Below, one piece after another: positions 28,024 through 42,055 of a stretch of 64,000 bases of DNA. The notes below the pieces were generated by a model. The model saw only the letters and a list, made by a program, of their open reading frames with translations, did no database searches and was not told where the DNA came from. Source of the stretch: the human T2T-CHM13v2.0 reference genome, Homo sapiens. Positions within the stretch are counted from its first letter, which is position 1; each line of letters begins with the position of its first letter. The translations under genes were made by a program, and so were the position numbers. Location: the NCBI RefSeq assembly GCF_009914755.1, contig NC_060927.1, one strand, 5' to 3'.

Positions 28024-30105
28024 CTCCTCACCCACAATTGAGATTTCTCAGCTTTGCTAATTAATCAGCTAAGTAGTTCTCGCCTGCTCGGGTGACAGAG
28101 CTCTCCACACCTGCCTCCTCACAGTCCCACCCTACCCTAATGTGTGCCCGCTCACACCTCCACAGGCAGCACTCAGAACTGCACATTTGTGCACACACAC
28201 ATGCACATGCTCACCTTCTATGACCACTCCCATCTATGGACACACAAACGCTCACATGTTACTTACAGCACTGACGCACAGGGGTTCACTTATTCTCTTC
28301 TCCGTGTGCAGGCATGTGTGCTCACATTCCCCATGCAGCACCACGCATCTCTCATGAACCATGATCAGCCCATGTTCCACCTCACATGAGCCTCAGCAGG
28401 TCAGGAACTGTGTCTACAGTGGATCACGGGACCAAGAATCACCAGGGCTAGCTGCCTTCCCAGTCTGACCGCCTGCACTCAGGTGGACTCCTGGAAAGCC
28501 TGGGCATGACCCTGCCTTCCGGCCATGGTCTCCATACCCCATTTGATGGGAACACTGGATTGGGCCTGCCAGAGATTCCTGACAACCCCCATCTTCTGTC
28601 TGTACCCGAAAGATGCAAAAGCTGAAGGCAGCAGCAAGTATCAGACACCACTGGCCTCAGCATTGATCTGGAGGGATTCCTGGAGGAGGGGAGCTGTGGG
28701 CTGGGTTTAAAAAGCTGGGAAGAGGCCTGTAAGGGGGTGGGGGGAGTGAGGAGTGTGGCAAGTGGACTTGAAGAAGCTGAGTGGTCTAGTGAGAGTGAAG
28801 GGGAGGACACCCAAAGGCCTGAGAAAGGCTCCTTGCTACCCCAGCCTGGTGCCACACACCTGGGCCAAGCCTTCAAGTCACTCTAGGAATGGCCAGCCTC
28901 CCTGGCCCCAGACCAGTATCTGGGTAGCCAGCACACTCTCACATCCAGCTCCTCTCCACTGCTGCTGGGCCCTCCATACCCTCACAAAGAGCAATCCAGG
29001 GATCATCTATGTGGGGTTGAGTCCTGGCAGATGCCCCATGCCTGCTACATCTCCTAGGGCATCTGGCATCAAGGCTCAGTCAACCCTGATGCACTAGTCT
29101 CAGTTTCTCCATGGGGGCAGATGGTTCCCAAGGTCGAATGGGACAGAGTCAGAGCCGGGATCTGTCCCTTTTCAGTCCTCAGAGCACTGCCACTTTGCTT
29201 CTCCATCTACTGAATAGTTACTAGCTGGGCACCTCCTCCATGTCAGCCTTGTGGGCACCTATGGACATGTGTACCCCACAGGCATACGTACACACCTGCC
29301 CGCCTGCGTGTGTGCATAGCCTGCCTCTCCATCCAGACTGCACACCCTTGCATACTGAGGTCAGGCCCTCAAGCTCCAAGGGTCGGTCACTTGGTTCCCT
29401 GCTTTAGGAGAACCCAAAGATAGACAAGGAGGGGGTGTGCCTAGGAGCCAACCCTTGCCTCAGTCTCTCCCCCTCTCCATGGAGCAGGCCAGCCTCTGTT
29501 CAGAACTGTCAGGTCCCAAGGCTGGGAGACAGATATAAGAAAAGGTTTATGGCTCCGTAACTTTCTCCAAACATAAAATCTCCGCTTACAAGGTGAGGGC
29601 AGCCACACTCAGAGAAGGTGGAGAGAGGCCATGCTGAGCCTCCATCTCCTGTCTGGTTGTGGGGAATGCTGCTCCTGCCGCCCCTGGGGCCGGCTGTGGT
29701 TTGTCAGAACCAATTACTTCTCTGCCTCCGCCAAGTGCTTGGGGCTCCATGAATCCGAGGCAAGTGTCTCCGTGGCTGCCACTGATCCAGCAATGAAAGG
29801 GAGTGAAGGATGGGGGAGGAATGCAGATTGGGTCAACTGTCCCCAGGGGGCCGAGCATAAACCCATTCAGCCCTCTGTCCCCAAGCCCCATCTCCCACCC
29901 TCGAACATTCAGACCAGCCTCCGGCTCTGGACATGGCAGCTCTGTCCCTTTTCAGAGATGGATGCATAGGCCGGCTGGGGTGACAGCAGACCCTGGCTAC
30001 TCTTCAACAAGATGCAAGGGCTGAGTTTGAACTGATCTCCCGCTGTCCTGCTGTAAGGCCAGCCTCCCTAGGGACCTCTGAAGAGAACCAGCAAGTTCAT
30101 CAGAA

Positions 30106-30108
<3 letters not shown>

Positions 30109-30166
<58 letters not shown>
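30109..30166. repeat. (TG)29 perfect microsatellite
   Basis: Direct read. Confidence 0.99.
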
Positions 30167-30167
<1 letters not shown>

Positions 30168-30464
30168 CTTTAGGAAACTTTCACAGACAAACCTTGCTGA
30201 TCCCCAAGATGGAAGGATTGAGCGGCCCTCACTTCAGGGAAGGGCCCTGCAGCAAAGCCAAGGGTTAGCGACTAAAATCTTCCAGGCAGAGCAGTGCTGT
30301 CTGCCTAGGGAGGTTCTGTTCATGGCCACTGAGATTGTCTCTTCCTTAAACTGAGGGACAGAGAACCCAGGCAGAGAACCTTCCAGAGATCCTGAGAGAT
30401 TCCACCCTCAAGAACCCCCGATCCTCAGCTCTGGCCTCAGCCACTCTATTTTCTTATGCACTAA

Positions 30465-30924
<460 letters not shown>

Positions 30925-31334
30925 TGACTCACAGTCTTCCGGGGTATAGGGGCCCTTCCTTTTGTCTCTGCCCATCTCCTCCCCAACAGCATCTCTGCAG
31001 CTAGCTCCCTGGATTTCCGGCCAAAGAAATCACGTACCCTTCGCTGGTCCACAGGCCCTATTTTTTCAAGCTCTGCCCCAGCTTGGTGGCCTTTGTGCCA
31101 TCTTAGGGAGATGTCCCTAAAAGGTGTCATGATCAACAGAGATGAAGGGACCAGTTTCTAAACCCCTGGACTGAATCAAGCAGAAAGGACACCTTGGGCA
31201 TGTGAACTTTTCTAAACTGTGATCAACCTCTGGAAGGGCAGGCAATTGACAGTGGTTGTGGGGGTGGAGATGGGACAAAGACACCCCACACTTACGCAGG
31301 GCTAGGTCTGCAGCCGTTCCTTGCTCCTGCTCCC

Positions 31335-31442
31335 CTGAGATCTTCACATACCCTGTGAGACAGTACTGCTTGGATCCCCATTTCCCAGGTGAGGGAATCA
31401 AGGCTCAGAGAGGCAGGACAACATGTCCCGGGTCCCACAGTG
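31335..31442 (+). mobile_element. MIR SINE fragment
   Basis: tcttcaca.accctgtgag ... atccccatttcccaggtgagggaatcaaggctcagagagg. Confidence 0.7.
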
Positions 31443-31646
31443 CCTGCCCTTCCTGTCTGCTTCATCCTTTCACCACTTCCCACCATCCAGCTATTGCCCC
31501 TGGCACAGGCCCTAGGTTCAAACCCAAATCCAGCTTGGCCTTAGCTGTGGGACCACAGGCAGGTCCTACCTTCAGAAGGCACAGCTTTTCCTACCGCTTC
31601 TCTCCCACTCCAAGCTGTTCCCCATCCCCTGGGAACTGATCTTGGA

Positions 31647-31664
31647 AGTGCCCTCTAGTGACCT
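31647..31664 (-). promoter_or_regulatory. Candidate CTCF motif
   Basis: Minus strand AGGTCACTAGAGGGCACT; one mismatch to CCASYAGRKGGCRS. Confidence 0.45.
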
Positions 31665-34600
31665 GTTGGCACAAGCTGGAAGCTGAAGGCCCCTCTCCAT
31701 GACTGCACCACCAGCTGGTCCCACCCAGAGATGCTGCTCCCACAGACCTGCCCCTCTGTGCCCATGGCCTCCACAGAAACCTGGGGGGCAACTCCGTGCT
31801 GAGGCTACTCAGAATCCCAGAAGCCTTGGAGCAGGGTTCCCTGCCCCAGCGCTGCCCTGCCAGGACTCTAGGAGCCAGGGGCCCATGTGCAGCCAGGCCT
31901 CTCTGGGGCCTTCCTGCCACTGCATCTCTACCTTGTCTAGGCTGTTCTGATACAATACCCTCATTCCAGGGGGCAGGAAGAGAGGAGGCCTGACAGGGAA
32001 CAAGGGACTGAGAAGGGGACCCATACCTGGCCCAGCCTCAGCAGCCTGGAGGAGCCACTGGGGTGGGGGAGGCTCCAGGTGGCTGGTGCCACAGAAGGGG
32101 TGGCCAACATGAGCCAGGGTCCCTGGGACAGGCATCCCAGGACAGTCCCCCTGCCCACACAGCCCCTCTCTGATGAGGGCGTGTGGAAGGATATGGGCGA
32201 CCTAAGCCAGTCAGCTGGCCCAGGCCAGATGCCTGCCATGGATGAAATAGCTTTAGAAAAGCTTCTCAAAAATGGAATTTTCTCCTGCCAGCAACAGAGT
32301 GTGTGTGTATATGGGGGGAGGGGGCGGGGGGGGGTGGTGGTCAAGATGGCAACAGCCACTCCCCATCCAATCCTGTGTCTCCCCACACAGTGCTCAAGAG
32401 AGAACATTCCCAGACTTTACAGTGGGCGGGGGAGAAGGGTACCAGAAGAGGCTGCCCCCAGGTCTGGGCCTGGGAAGGAAAGAGGCAGAGAGCAGGCCGG
32501 GTTGCGGGGGACACAGAGGGGGTCTAGGCAGGGCTTTGGTCAGGCTCCTATGCATCTGCCTCTCTCTACCCAATTATGCTCGAGCAGCGGCCTCACCACG
32601 TCTCAGACGCCCTCCCGAGAGCCCCCCCTTTAGCCCCACGCATCCCTGCTGGGTGCCAAGCAAGAGGACCATATGGACGGAATAATAAGACAATTAACTT
32701 TCCATTAAAGAATAATATATGTGGGTTTTTAGGGAGGCAAGCGACAGCAATCCCTATCCAGCGGCATATTTCACACCCGCGCTTCCCCACTGCCCCCCAC
32801 CCTGATGCGCCCCACATCCCCATCATCTACACCAGGAGACGAGGGCACCGCTGGGCCTCAACAGGAGGTGGCTGGGTAGAGGGGTGGAGGCTGCGTGATG
32901 AGCAAGTGCAGAGCCTGGAGATGCTGGCTTCAAGGCTGCGGGAGCCCTGCAGAGGGGCTGTGCCATGCTTGCCACCCCTCACCTGACTCTCGGTGCGTCA
33001 GTGCGACAGCCTGTACCAGTGGGGGACCTGGCCAAGGAGCTGCATGCCTGTCTCCTGTGGGCACATGTTAACCACAGTGCTCTGGTGAGGGGACCTTCTG
33101 TGGGGTCTAGGGGGGACAGCTTCTTGTGCTCCTCTTGCCTGGCCCTCTGGGCGCCCCTCCCCACCAGCTTCCTTCTTCCTCTTCTGCTCCAGCCCCTCTT
33201 AGGTTCTGAGGTTCCCTGGCACTTGTGGGCACTGCTAATCCCACTCTGGATGCCCAGAGGGCACCCGCCCAGAGTGTACCCTCCCTAGATGGTAACAGAG
33301 CTCAGCCTCAGCCAGCACCCCCAGAGTCAGTGTGTGAGTGTGCATGTGTTTCAGATGTTGGTGGTGCCGGCTGAGGTGGAGGGTGGAAGGGGACAGGGGG
33401 AGGCCTGTCTCAAAGGCACCTGCAGAGTGGCCCTGTCCCACCTACCTGAGCCCCTCGAGAAAGTGGCCCTGGACATGGCCAGACTTTGGTCAGTGCCGGG
33501 AGCCAGCTCCAGATGTAGTACTCCACAAATATTAATTACACATTCCTGAGGAGTGCTGAGCAGACAGGGCACAGAGATGGCTGGGGGCAGAGAAGATGGA
33601 GTAGATGGAGTAGGACTGTGCCGCTGTCACTGGTTGGAAAATGCCATTCCTGGCTACCCATAAGAAATGGAGACACACAGACACCGTTGATCTGAATCAC
33701 CATGACTGTCCAGAGAAGCACAGAAGTGGGAGGGGAACAAAAGACTCAGGTTGGGGATTTCCAAGTCCTGGGGTCCCATTCTCTGTGAATGCAGGCTCAG
33801 CAGTCTTGGGGAGGGGCGGCCCCGGGTAGCTCCTCTGCTAGACAGCTCCCCAACCACCACTCAGGGCTGACCTGCCAGGGATCCATTATGAGACTGGCTG
33901 GTGGAGACAGCAGCCAGGGCCTCGGTTTCCCCATTTGTATGACAGGATCACAGGAATAACTAGCAGCATGTAGCTGGGCTAAGGCCATCATGGGGTTAAG
34001 GCAGGCAGGACATGGGTCACGCCGTATGCCATTTCTGCCCTGACCAGCGCGCAAGCTATGAGTGGTTGATGAGGACTGGGAAAGGCTTCCATGGGTCCAG
34101 AATTGGCTTGAGCCTTCCCAGAGGGTAGCCTGTGGCCTCCAAACATGGCTGTCTCGGGTTCCTGCTTCTAGCCCAGCTCTGGCCAGGCAGCTCTAGCCTC
34201 AGCCCCGACCCCAGGCAGAGGAGCTTCCCTCCTTCTATAGAGATCCTCCAAGGAAGGTGTCTCTCCGAGGTCAGGAATGCATCCCGGGGCTGGCATGCCT
34301 CAGGAGCCAACTGATTCTTCATCATGTCTGACTATAATCTCTCCTGCTTTGCCTTCCCACCAGGTTCCCAGCATTGCTCCCCCTGGACCCTAGACACCTA
34401 GCCAGAAGAGGGCAGGTTCCTGGCTGTACCCATCAGAGTGACCTGGGCTTCAGAGAGGGGAGACCTGTCCCAGCTCCACATCCTCCCCACCCCCATTCCC
34501 CATGCACCCCCAGGCACCTGATGAATTATTCATCCTGATCAACCTCATTATGTAAATGAGCTCAGAGCCCAAGCATATGCACTCTATTCTCCCCCAGGAT

Positions 34601-37240
34601 GGGACAATATGGTGCTGAAGTGGGAGGGTAGAAAAGAGGCTCCAGACACCTTGCTCAGGCCCTAGGGGCTCTGCAGGGGGACATCACAGTAGGGTCTATA
34701 CTTTTGTGGCCTATTGAGGGCAAGAGTGGGCCACGGGTTGGGGGAGTTGGGCTGGGGAACCCAGGAGGATGCGACTCAGGGTGTCTGGACAAGCGTGGGG
34801 GTGGGGACAATACGTAAGCACCAGGCCACAAGGAGAGCTCCAGCTATGCACTAGCTGCGATGTTAGATGAGGAAATGAGATGAGGTCTTCACAGGGAGTG
34901 CCCACATGCCACAGAAGTATGCCACAGTTTCAACCTGCAAATGGGCCAGCCTGCACCCAGCCATGCCCTCATGGGGGTTATGGTGAGGTCAGGAGGAGGA
35001 AAGTGCCAAGGCAAGGAAAACATCCCCAAACGCTACTGTCTGCAGTTTCTGCACTCTGGCAGCTGCCAGCCCTCATGGCTCCAAGCTACTGGGAGTGGGG
35101 CAGCCTCTAGGATGGAGGCACGCAGGCTGGGCAGCCTTTGAGGGGAAGAAGGCCAAGGGGCCTGGATGCCAGATCACCCCAGCTGTTTGGGGGCAATTCA
35201 GAATCAGCTCAAGGAGGGCTGAGGAGGGGCAGCCCCACTGGGGGCCAAGGCTGTCAGCTTGGCAGAGCTGGTGCCAGGGTCTGCAGCAGTATCACAGCTG
35301 GGCCAGGGCTTTTCTCCAAGCATCCTCCTGACCTATCAGAGCCAGGTATGGGCTGGGTACATGGACCGTCTTCGTGTGCATTTGGAGAGCAATGGTGGCT
35401 CAGTCGGGGTCAGGGGTGAGTTGTGGAGGGCTAGGGAGCAAACTGGTTGGCTCCTCCTGCTCCCACAGGGTTGCCCTCTTCCTCTAGAACTCTACACCTC
35501 AACCCCCAACCCCCACGCCCACCTCACCAGAGTGCCCCGTGCCAAGAAACAGCCCCAGAGCTGTTGGCAGGAAGTAAGAGGCTGAAGAAGCAGAGGAGGA
35601 AAACTAGAGCAGGACAGAGAGCCGCTGGAGCGCTGGCAGCCATCGGCAGGCAGAGACACTCCACCAGAGTGCCAGGAGAAGCCGGGGATGCCAGGTCAGC
35701 ACTTCTCTGCCTGCCTGCCTGCCACGCTGAGCACGGCCCTGCTCTGGCCCAGCTCCCTACTGCCCCAGGCTCATCTTGTCCACCCTACCAAGAGGGGAAG
35801 TGGAGCCACAGCCGGAGCTGCACGTTGGAACAGGAGTCAGGAGCCCTGGGTCCATGCCCCAGCTCTGCTACAAGCCAGCAGCATGACCACCTTGGTGACT
35901 GCTGGGAGGGAGAGGGTGGGGGAGACAGGCTCACTGATGAAAGTGTCTAGAATCTCTCAAGTCCCATGAGAAAGGAAGGGAAATTATCCCTGGGAGTGAA
36001 AATGATCAATGAGGGAAATTCAAATTTGATTTCCAAAAAAGGGGCGTATCTGTATCAGCCTGTCCATTGCTGTTTTCACCACTTCATCCTCCGGTCAGAC
36101 TTCCCAGCTGTGTATGGGTCAAGAATGAGGATCAGAGAGGATCCAGGCTCACCCAGGGGCACATGATGGTACGCTGAGCTGGGATTCCATCTCTGGTTCT
36201 CAGAATCTAGCAAGCTCACTGGTCCAGACAGACCTCGGCCATGACGTATGAACACTATTTTCTCATTGCCAGACATTCAGAGCCTGAGTTGCCCGTGAAT
36301 ATAAAATAAACAACATCTTCAAGCTAAAGGTTTGAGGCATGAAGGATTATTGACTGGAGGAGTACCGTTAACTCCTGATATGTGGTATAGCTTATGTCCC
36401 GATATGAAACTTGGAAAGGTGCTGGCTGCACACATCAGGGAGCTATCATTCCTTCATTAGCCCACACAGCTATCCTTGGCAGTGGCTACTTGGAGCCTGG
36501 TTAGTGCTGGGTGCTATTCCTGAGCCTAAATTGACTCCTGTTCCGGAACAGCTTTTTCTACAGCACTTTCTCTGGAAAGCTCTGCTGGCCTCCAAGTGCG
36601 GCTGAGTCATTCAGAGTTCACAGGAAGACAGTGTGATGGAGGCTGCTGACATCCAAGCCCAGCAACCAGGAAAGGGGTGTTTAGTGTCGCTGGGCCACTG
36701 GCAGGGAGGACACAGACCTCCAGACCTGGACTCTCCCTTCCCACGGCGTTGCCACGTACTTAGCCACCCATGACCAGCCCCAGCCTGTGCCAGAGGTCCT
36801 ACATTCACACCCAATGTCAACACACTGGCTGCCACCCCCACTTCCTGGGCACCAGCTATAAGCTAAGCATGAGGAAGGGATTGAGGACAACCCCTACGGT
36901 CCCTGCCCCACCGAGGTTACATCTGCTGACCCTGGCCCTGACCAACAGGGACAACAGGAACACAGTGGGTATATAATCTCCAAACCCTGGACCTGGACTC
37001 CTGACTGAACCAGCAACAGTAGGTTGGCTTACTCTGCTGTTCCCGAGCCAACTCTCAGTGGGAGACCCCCATTTAATCCCCTGCTCAGTTCTGGTCAGTA
37101 CCTCCTGGCCCAAGCCCCCGGCAACAAGATCCTCAAAGACTGCACGTACCCCGAGAGTCGTAGCTCCATCACTCCAAGAGCTCGGCCCTCCCAGCCTCTG
37201 CATCTCCACGTAGAGAGCAATGGCTCAGGAGCCCGGGGCC

Positions 37241-37358
37241 TGACAGCAGCACATTTTGCAGCTTCCGGGGGTGATGGATGGCCTGCTCTTCACATCACTA
37301 TTTCAAACATTAACATAATCTCCCAGGATGGATGTGGTGGCTGGTGCCTAATCAATCA
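37241..37358. promoter_or_regulatory. Candidate PBX-HOX/MEIS composite element
   Basis: TGACAG at 37241, TGATGGATGG at 37272, TGATTGATTA (reverse) at 37349. Confidence 0.45.
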
Positions 37359-37765
37359 CCCCTCCCACACCTTGATCCCTCATCCCACCAGGCATGGGAT
37401 TTCCACTGTCTCCTGCTACAGCACCTCAAGCACCGCTTTCGGGCTGGTGTGGACCGGCCATCCCGTTGTTTCCTGGATCCCTTCAGCTCCTGTGCACCCC
37501 TGCGTCCACTGACCCCTCCTGGGCCTGGGCTCCCACCCCAGGTGTCCCTCAGACACAGACCTCTCCCTCCTGAAAGCCCAAAAAGCTCCAAATCCCTTTC
37601 AGCAACAGGGTCATCGTCCAAGCCGGGTGGTGGCTCCGATCGTTGCCTCAGGAAGAGCAGGCCAGGCCCCAGAGGAGTGCTGCCCATCCAGTCATGTCCC
37701 ACCTGCCCCCACGGGCCCATCAGGTCCCACCACACCAGGACCTCCATTAAACCAAATCTTCCTCA

Positions 37766-37948
<183 letters not shown>

Positions 37949-38493
37949 TCAGGAGGGCCTGCCCAGAGCTGCACAGCCCCACCCCAGCCAACCCGGGGGC
38001 ACTGGGGGCAACTATCCACTCACACCCCAATTTTCACTAGAGGAGGACCCACAGCAAGGAACCAGCAAGCACCTGCGATTCCCCTTTGAAGTCCAGACCC
38101 AGTGGCCCAGGTGCTCCTCATGCACTGTGGGGTGGCGAGGAGGAGAGAGGATTGCATTGTGGATGTGCTGAGGGAGCTCAGCAGCTCAGAGAAGCCTGCA
38201 GTGAGGCTACTTTTCATTGTGAAGAGCCAGCCCTTGATGTAGCTGCTCTGAACTTGGGGACTTCTGGACACCAGGGAGGAGGGAGACATGAGGGAGCCTC
38301 AGGGAGTGAGGTCTGCTGGATCTTGGAGCCTCCTGTTCCCAAGGCCAGGTGGGGCCTAGAGAAGGGGACGGAACACTGCTGTCACCAAGTCATTGTGTAA
38401 CTGGGCAGGTCCCTGCCCCTCTAGGTCTCACCTGAGCAGTGGACGTGGAGAGTTCCAGATTAGGCAGCCCTTGCCTATCCAACACCCTGGTAG

Positions 38494-38951
<458 letters not shown>

Positions 38952-40249
38952 CACCCTGGGATTGTTTTAACCCATTTCCATCTCAGCTTCCTTCTCTGGA
39001 ATACGGGGATAATTTGGGGCCACCTTTCAGGGTGTTATAAGAACACATGAGAATAGGTAAGTCAAGCGTGTTCGCTGCATGGGGATCTTTGTGAGTGGAC
39101 AGGATGGACAGTTGGTCACGTGGCCCTCTATTCTCAGACCCACAACCTGGAAGAGGGAAGGAGTCTGGGGCAAGGCCTTGCCTGGGTTCAGATACATGAC
39201 CCACTCCCTTAAGCAGAGCCAGATCAGGCGAGCAAAACCACACTAGACCTTGCCAGAGGCCAGCCAGAGAGAACCACACAGAACCACAAAGGTGCTCTTT
39301 GCCCTCATGCATTTGAAAAGGTATCTCAACTTCTCCATCCCACTTGACACACTCCCATTTTACAGACCAAGACCTTTCCAGGAAGGGCGCACAAAAAAGT
39401 TACCATGAAGATTTAAATAAGCCATGGGTCAAACACAGCCCACAGGGTACAGTAGGGGCAGGGTGATGCCAGCCCCCCAGCCTCTGGAGGTACCCCGGGA
39501 GCCATGGGGTACAGGAGATTGCATCTGGTCCCAACTCCCTGGGCCTGCTGCCTCCTCCAGTGCCACTTGGGCCAGGACTGTTCTGGCTCCATGGATCAGA
39601 AGAGCCCAAGCCTCTACCTGGCCTCCTGCCCTGCCTCCTCCACTCAGGCCTGTGACTAAGGGGCTGGGCCCATGCAACTGTATGTGCCTGGGTCGGTTGG
39701 CATGGGAACTCGGAGCAGGAGGCAGGCAGATCACTAATTGCAATTTGCCAAGCTGAATGTCAGGACCATGATGGAAAAAAAAAAAATCAACATCAAAAGA
39801 AAGAGGTATTAGCTTCGGCTTGTTGCTGGCTGAGCCACAGCCGGATTCCCTCCTCCGCTCCCCACCACAGGGGAAAATCTAACCCTGAGTGAGGGTGGAG
39901 GCCAGGCTGCAGGCTGGGCTAAGAAGGGCAAGCAGGCCTCAGCTGCCAGCCTGGGGAGGGCAAAGGGCAGCAGAAAATTGACAGCCTGCGTGACCCCTGG
40001 CCCCTGTCCACCAGGGCCTGGTTGTGGGTGGACAACATAGCGGATGGCTCCTTTGTGCTCCTGCGATGGAGCCCTGGGGGCTAATGTTGGGATGGGCTAT
40101 CACAGTCAGCCAGGCAGGGGGCAGACAAATGGGCAGAGTGAGGATCTGATCCCCAAAGGGAACCATTAGCTCTGCCCTGGCCCTGACCCTGACCTCAGCC
40201 ACTCACTGGTGTAGAGAACAAAATGCCAATCAATCCTTCCTGGGACTCA

Positions 40250-40436
40250 TTATGTGCGAGGGCATCCACTACGTACAAGGTGCAGTGCCAGCATGTCACC
40301 TACTTTCTCGCTTCAGTCCTTACAAAGAAGCAAACATTATCATCCCACCTTACAGATAAGGAAACTGAGGCATAGTGGGTTCAACTGACCTGTACAAGGT
40401 CACCTATCCAGGAAGTAGTGAACACAGGACTTGCCC
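40250..40436 (+). mobile_element. MIR SINE
   Basis: attatcatcccaccttacagataaggaaactgaggcatag ... caaggtcac ... ggaagtag. Confidence 0.8.
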
Positions 40437-40638
40437 TAGAAGTGTGCTGGAGTCACAAAAGCTGACTCACAAAAGCTGATTCTGTGCACCTCTTTCCAAC
40501 TCTGCATTTGGTACCATCACCTGAGGAGCTTGAAATAGGTCATGGTGGGAATATTTACACCACAGGAATTGGCAAATGCTAGAAACCATGTTTTTCCCCC
40601 TGGAGAACAAATTGTAAACATTCAGCAGCACATTACTG
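40437..40638 (+). mobile_element. MER63A-like hAT-Blackjack MITE
   Basis: Termini agtgtgctgg ... cagcacattactg. Internal cttgaaataggtcatggtgggaatatttacaccacaggaattggcaaatgcta matches recalled MER63. Confidence 0.8.
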
Positions 40639-41964
40639 ATTCCACCCCAGGCTGTTGACTCTTCTAGTATGTCTATAGGTCCCTGCTTCTAGGATTTCAC
40701 AGTTAAGTAAAAGAAAATTAATTGGGAGAAGAGACATGGATGCCAAGTTTTATTTTGCTCAGACAACACATTATTATAATCATCATCATTTCATCTAAAA
40801 AGGCTATTTCAACACTAAAATAATTTTTAGAAGAGCCAAGTCTTAGGATAAAGTCCAATCCTTCCCCAAGATATACACGCTCACTCTCCCTCCCTCCTTG
40901 TCTCTCTCTCTCTTACGCACAGTCTCCTTACTCCCACCCTGAGGCTGAGTAGCTCTAGACTCTGCTATGGGCTGCAGGAACTGGCCTGCTATGACACAGC
41001 AGGCCACACACATGTCCTCCCAAGGTCTAGAGGTGGCTCCAGCCCTTTGCCTGGCATCCTGGACCTGCTGGGCAGACCCCAAGCCCTAGCACATTGCCCA
41101 TCAGCACAGTGCCAGGGAAAACAAGTTACTTTGATTATTCACTTAAATCAAACTCAATTAGGAGGCAATATGTGTGTCTCAGAGTTAAAAGAAAATAATT
41201 CATTTCATTGTCACAGAGATGTGACTTTGTGGGTTCTAGGACTTCGCCAGTGTCCCAGTGCCACCTCCAAGGGGTGACACAGAGGCCCTGAGGGGGCCAG
41301 GAGTTGACTATGCACCTGCACTGTTCCTGCCTTGTGGACGAGAAGCCACCCACCAAGCCAGGTCCAACCCTGGCCAGGGAATCGTACTCACTCCAGCAGA
41401 AGGGAGGGGGCCTTGGAAAGACAACGGATGCATGGGAATGTCCCTGCCCCCACTGGGTCAAAGATAAGCTGATCAAATCCTGCCCAGACTTCCCTCTGCT
41501 TGGAATCAAGTGCCTGGCTCAGCCAATGCCTCCCTGACCAGACAATGTTGCCCACAGGCCACACACCCAACACGGAGGTGGACCTGCTGGCTCCCCACAT
41601 CTTTGTAATTTTCCATGCTTTTCATTGAGATGACACTGCTTATCCCTAATTGCTTCTAAGTGCCAAACTAACAAGGCAGTGAGGGGAGAGTGGCCAGGAG
41701 GAGATGTAGGCATCTAGGGGCTGCAGTGGCTTAATGACTGGTGTGGGCACAAGAGACTAGGGATCAAGTCACGTCCTCCAATGTGCCCAGCCCTAGGGAG
41801 GTGAACACATTGTGGCTCCATTTCCCAGACAAGAAAATTGAAGCCCCTGGTAAGGATGGGTACAGGGTCACATACTTAAAGAGAAACAGACTTGTCCTGA
41901 CTCCATCTATTCCATGATCCCATCTTTCCAGGACATTGTAGCCTTTGGGAAGCCTCAGGGGAAA

Positions 41965-42055
41965 GGCACTTCTGCCGCTGTGTGACCTCAAAGAGTTCTG
42001 TCCCTCAGAACCTCAGCTTTTCCATCGGTAAACAGGGGTAATAATGACTGGCTGA
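41965..42055 (-). mobile_element. MIR SINE fragment
   Basis: gctgtgtgacct ... aacctcagcttttccatcggtaaacaggggtaataatg. Confidence 0.65.
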
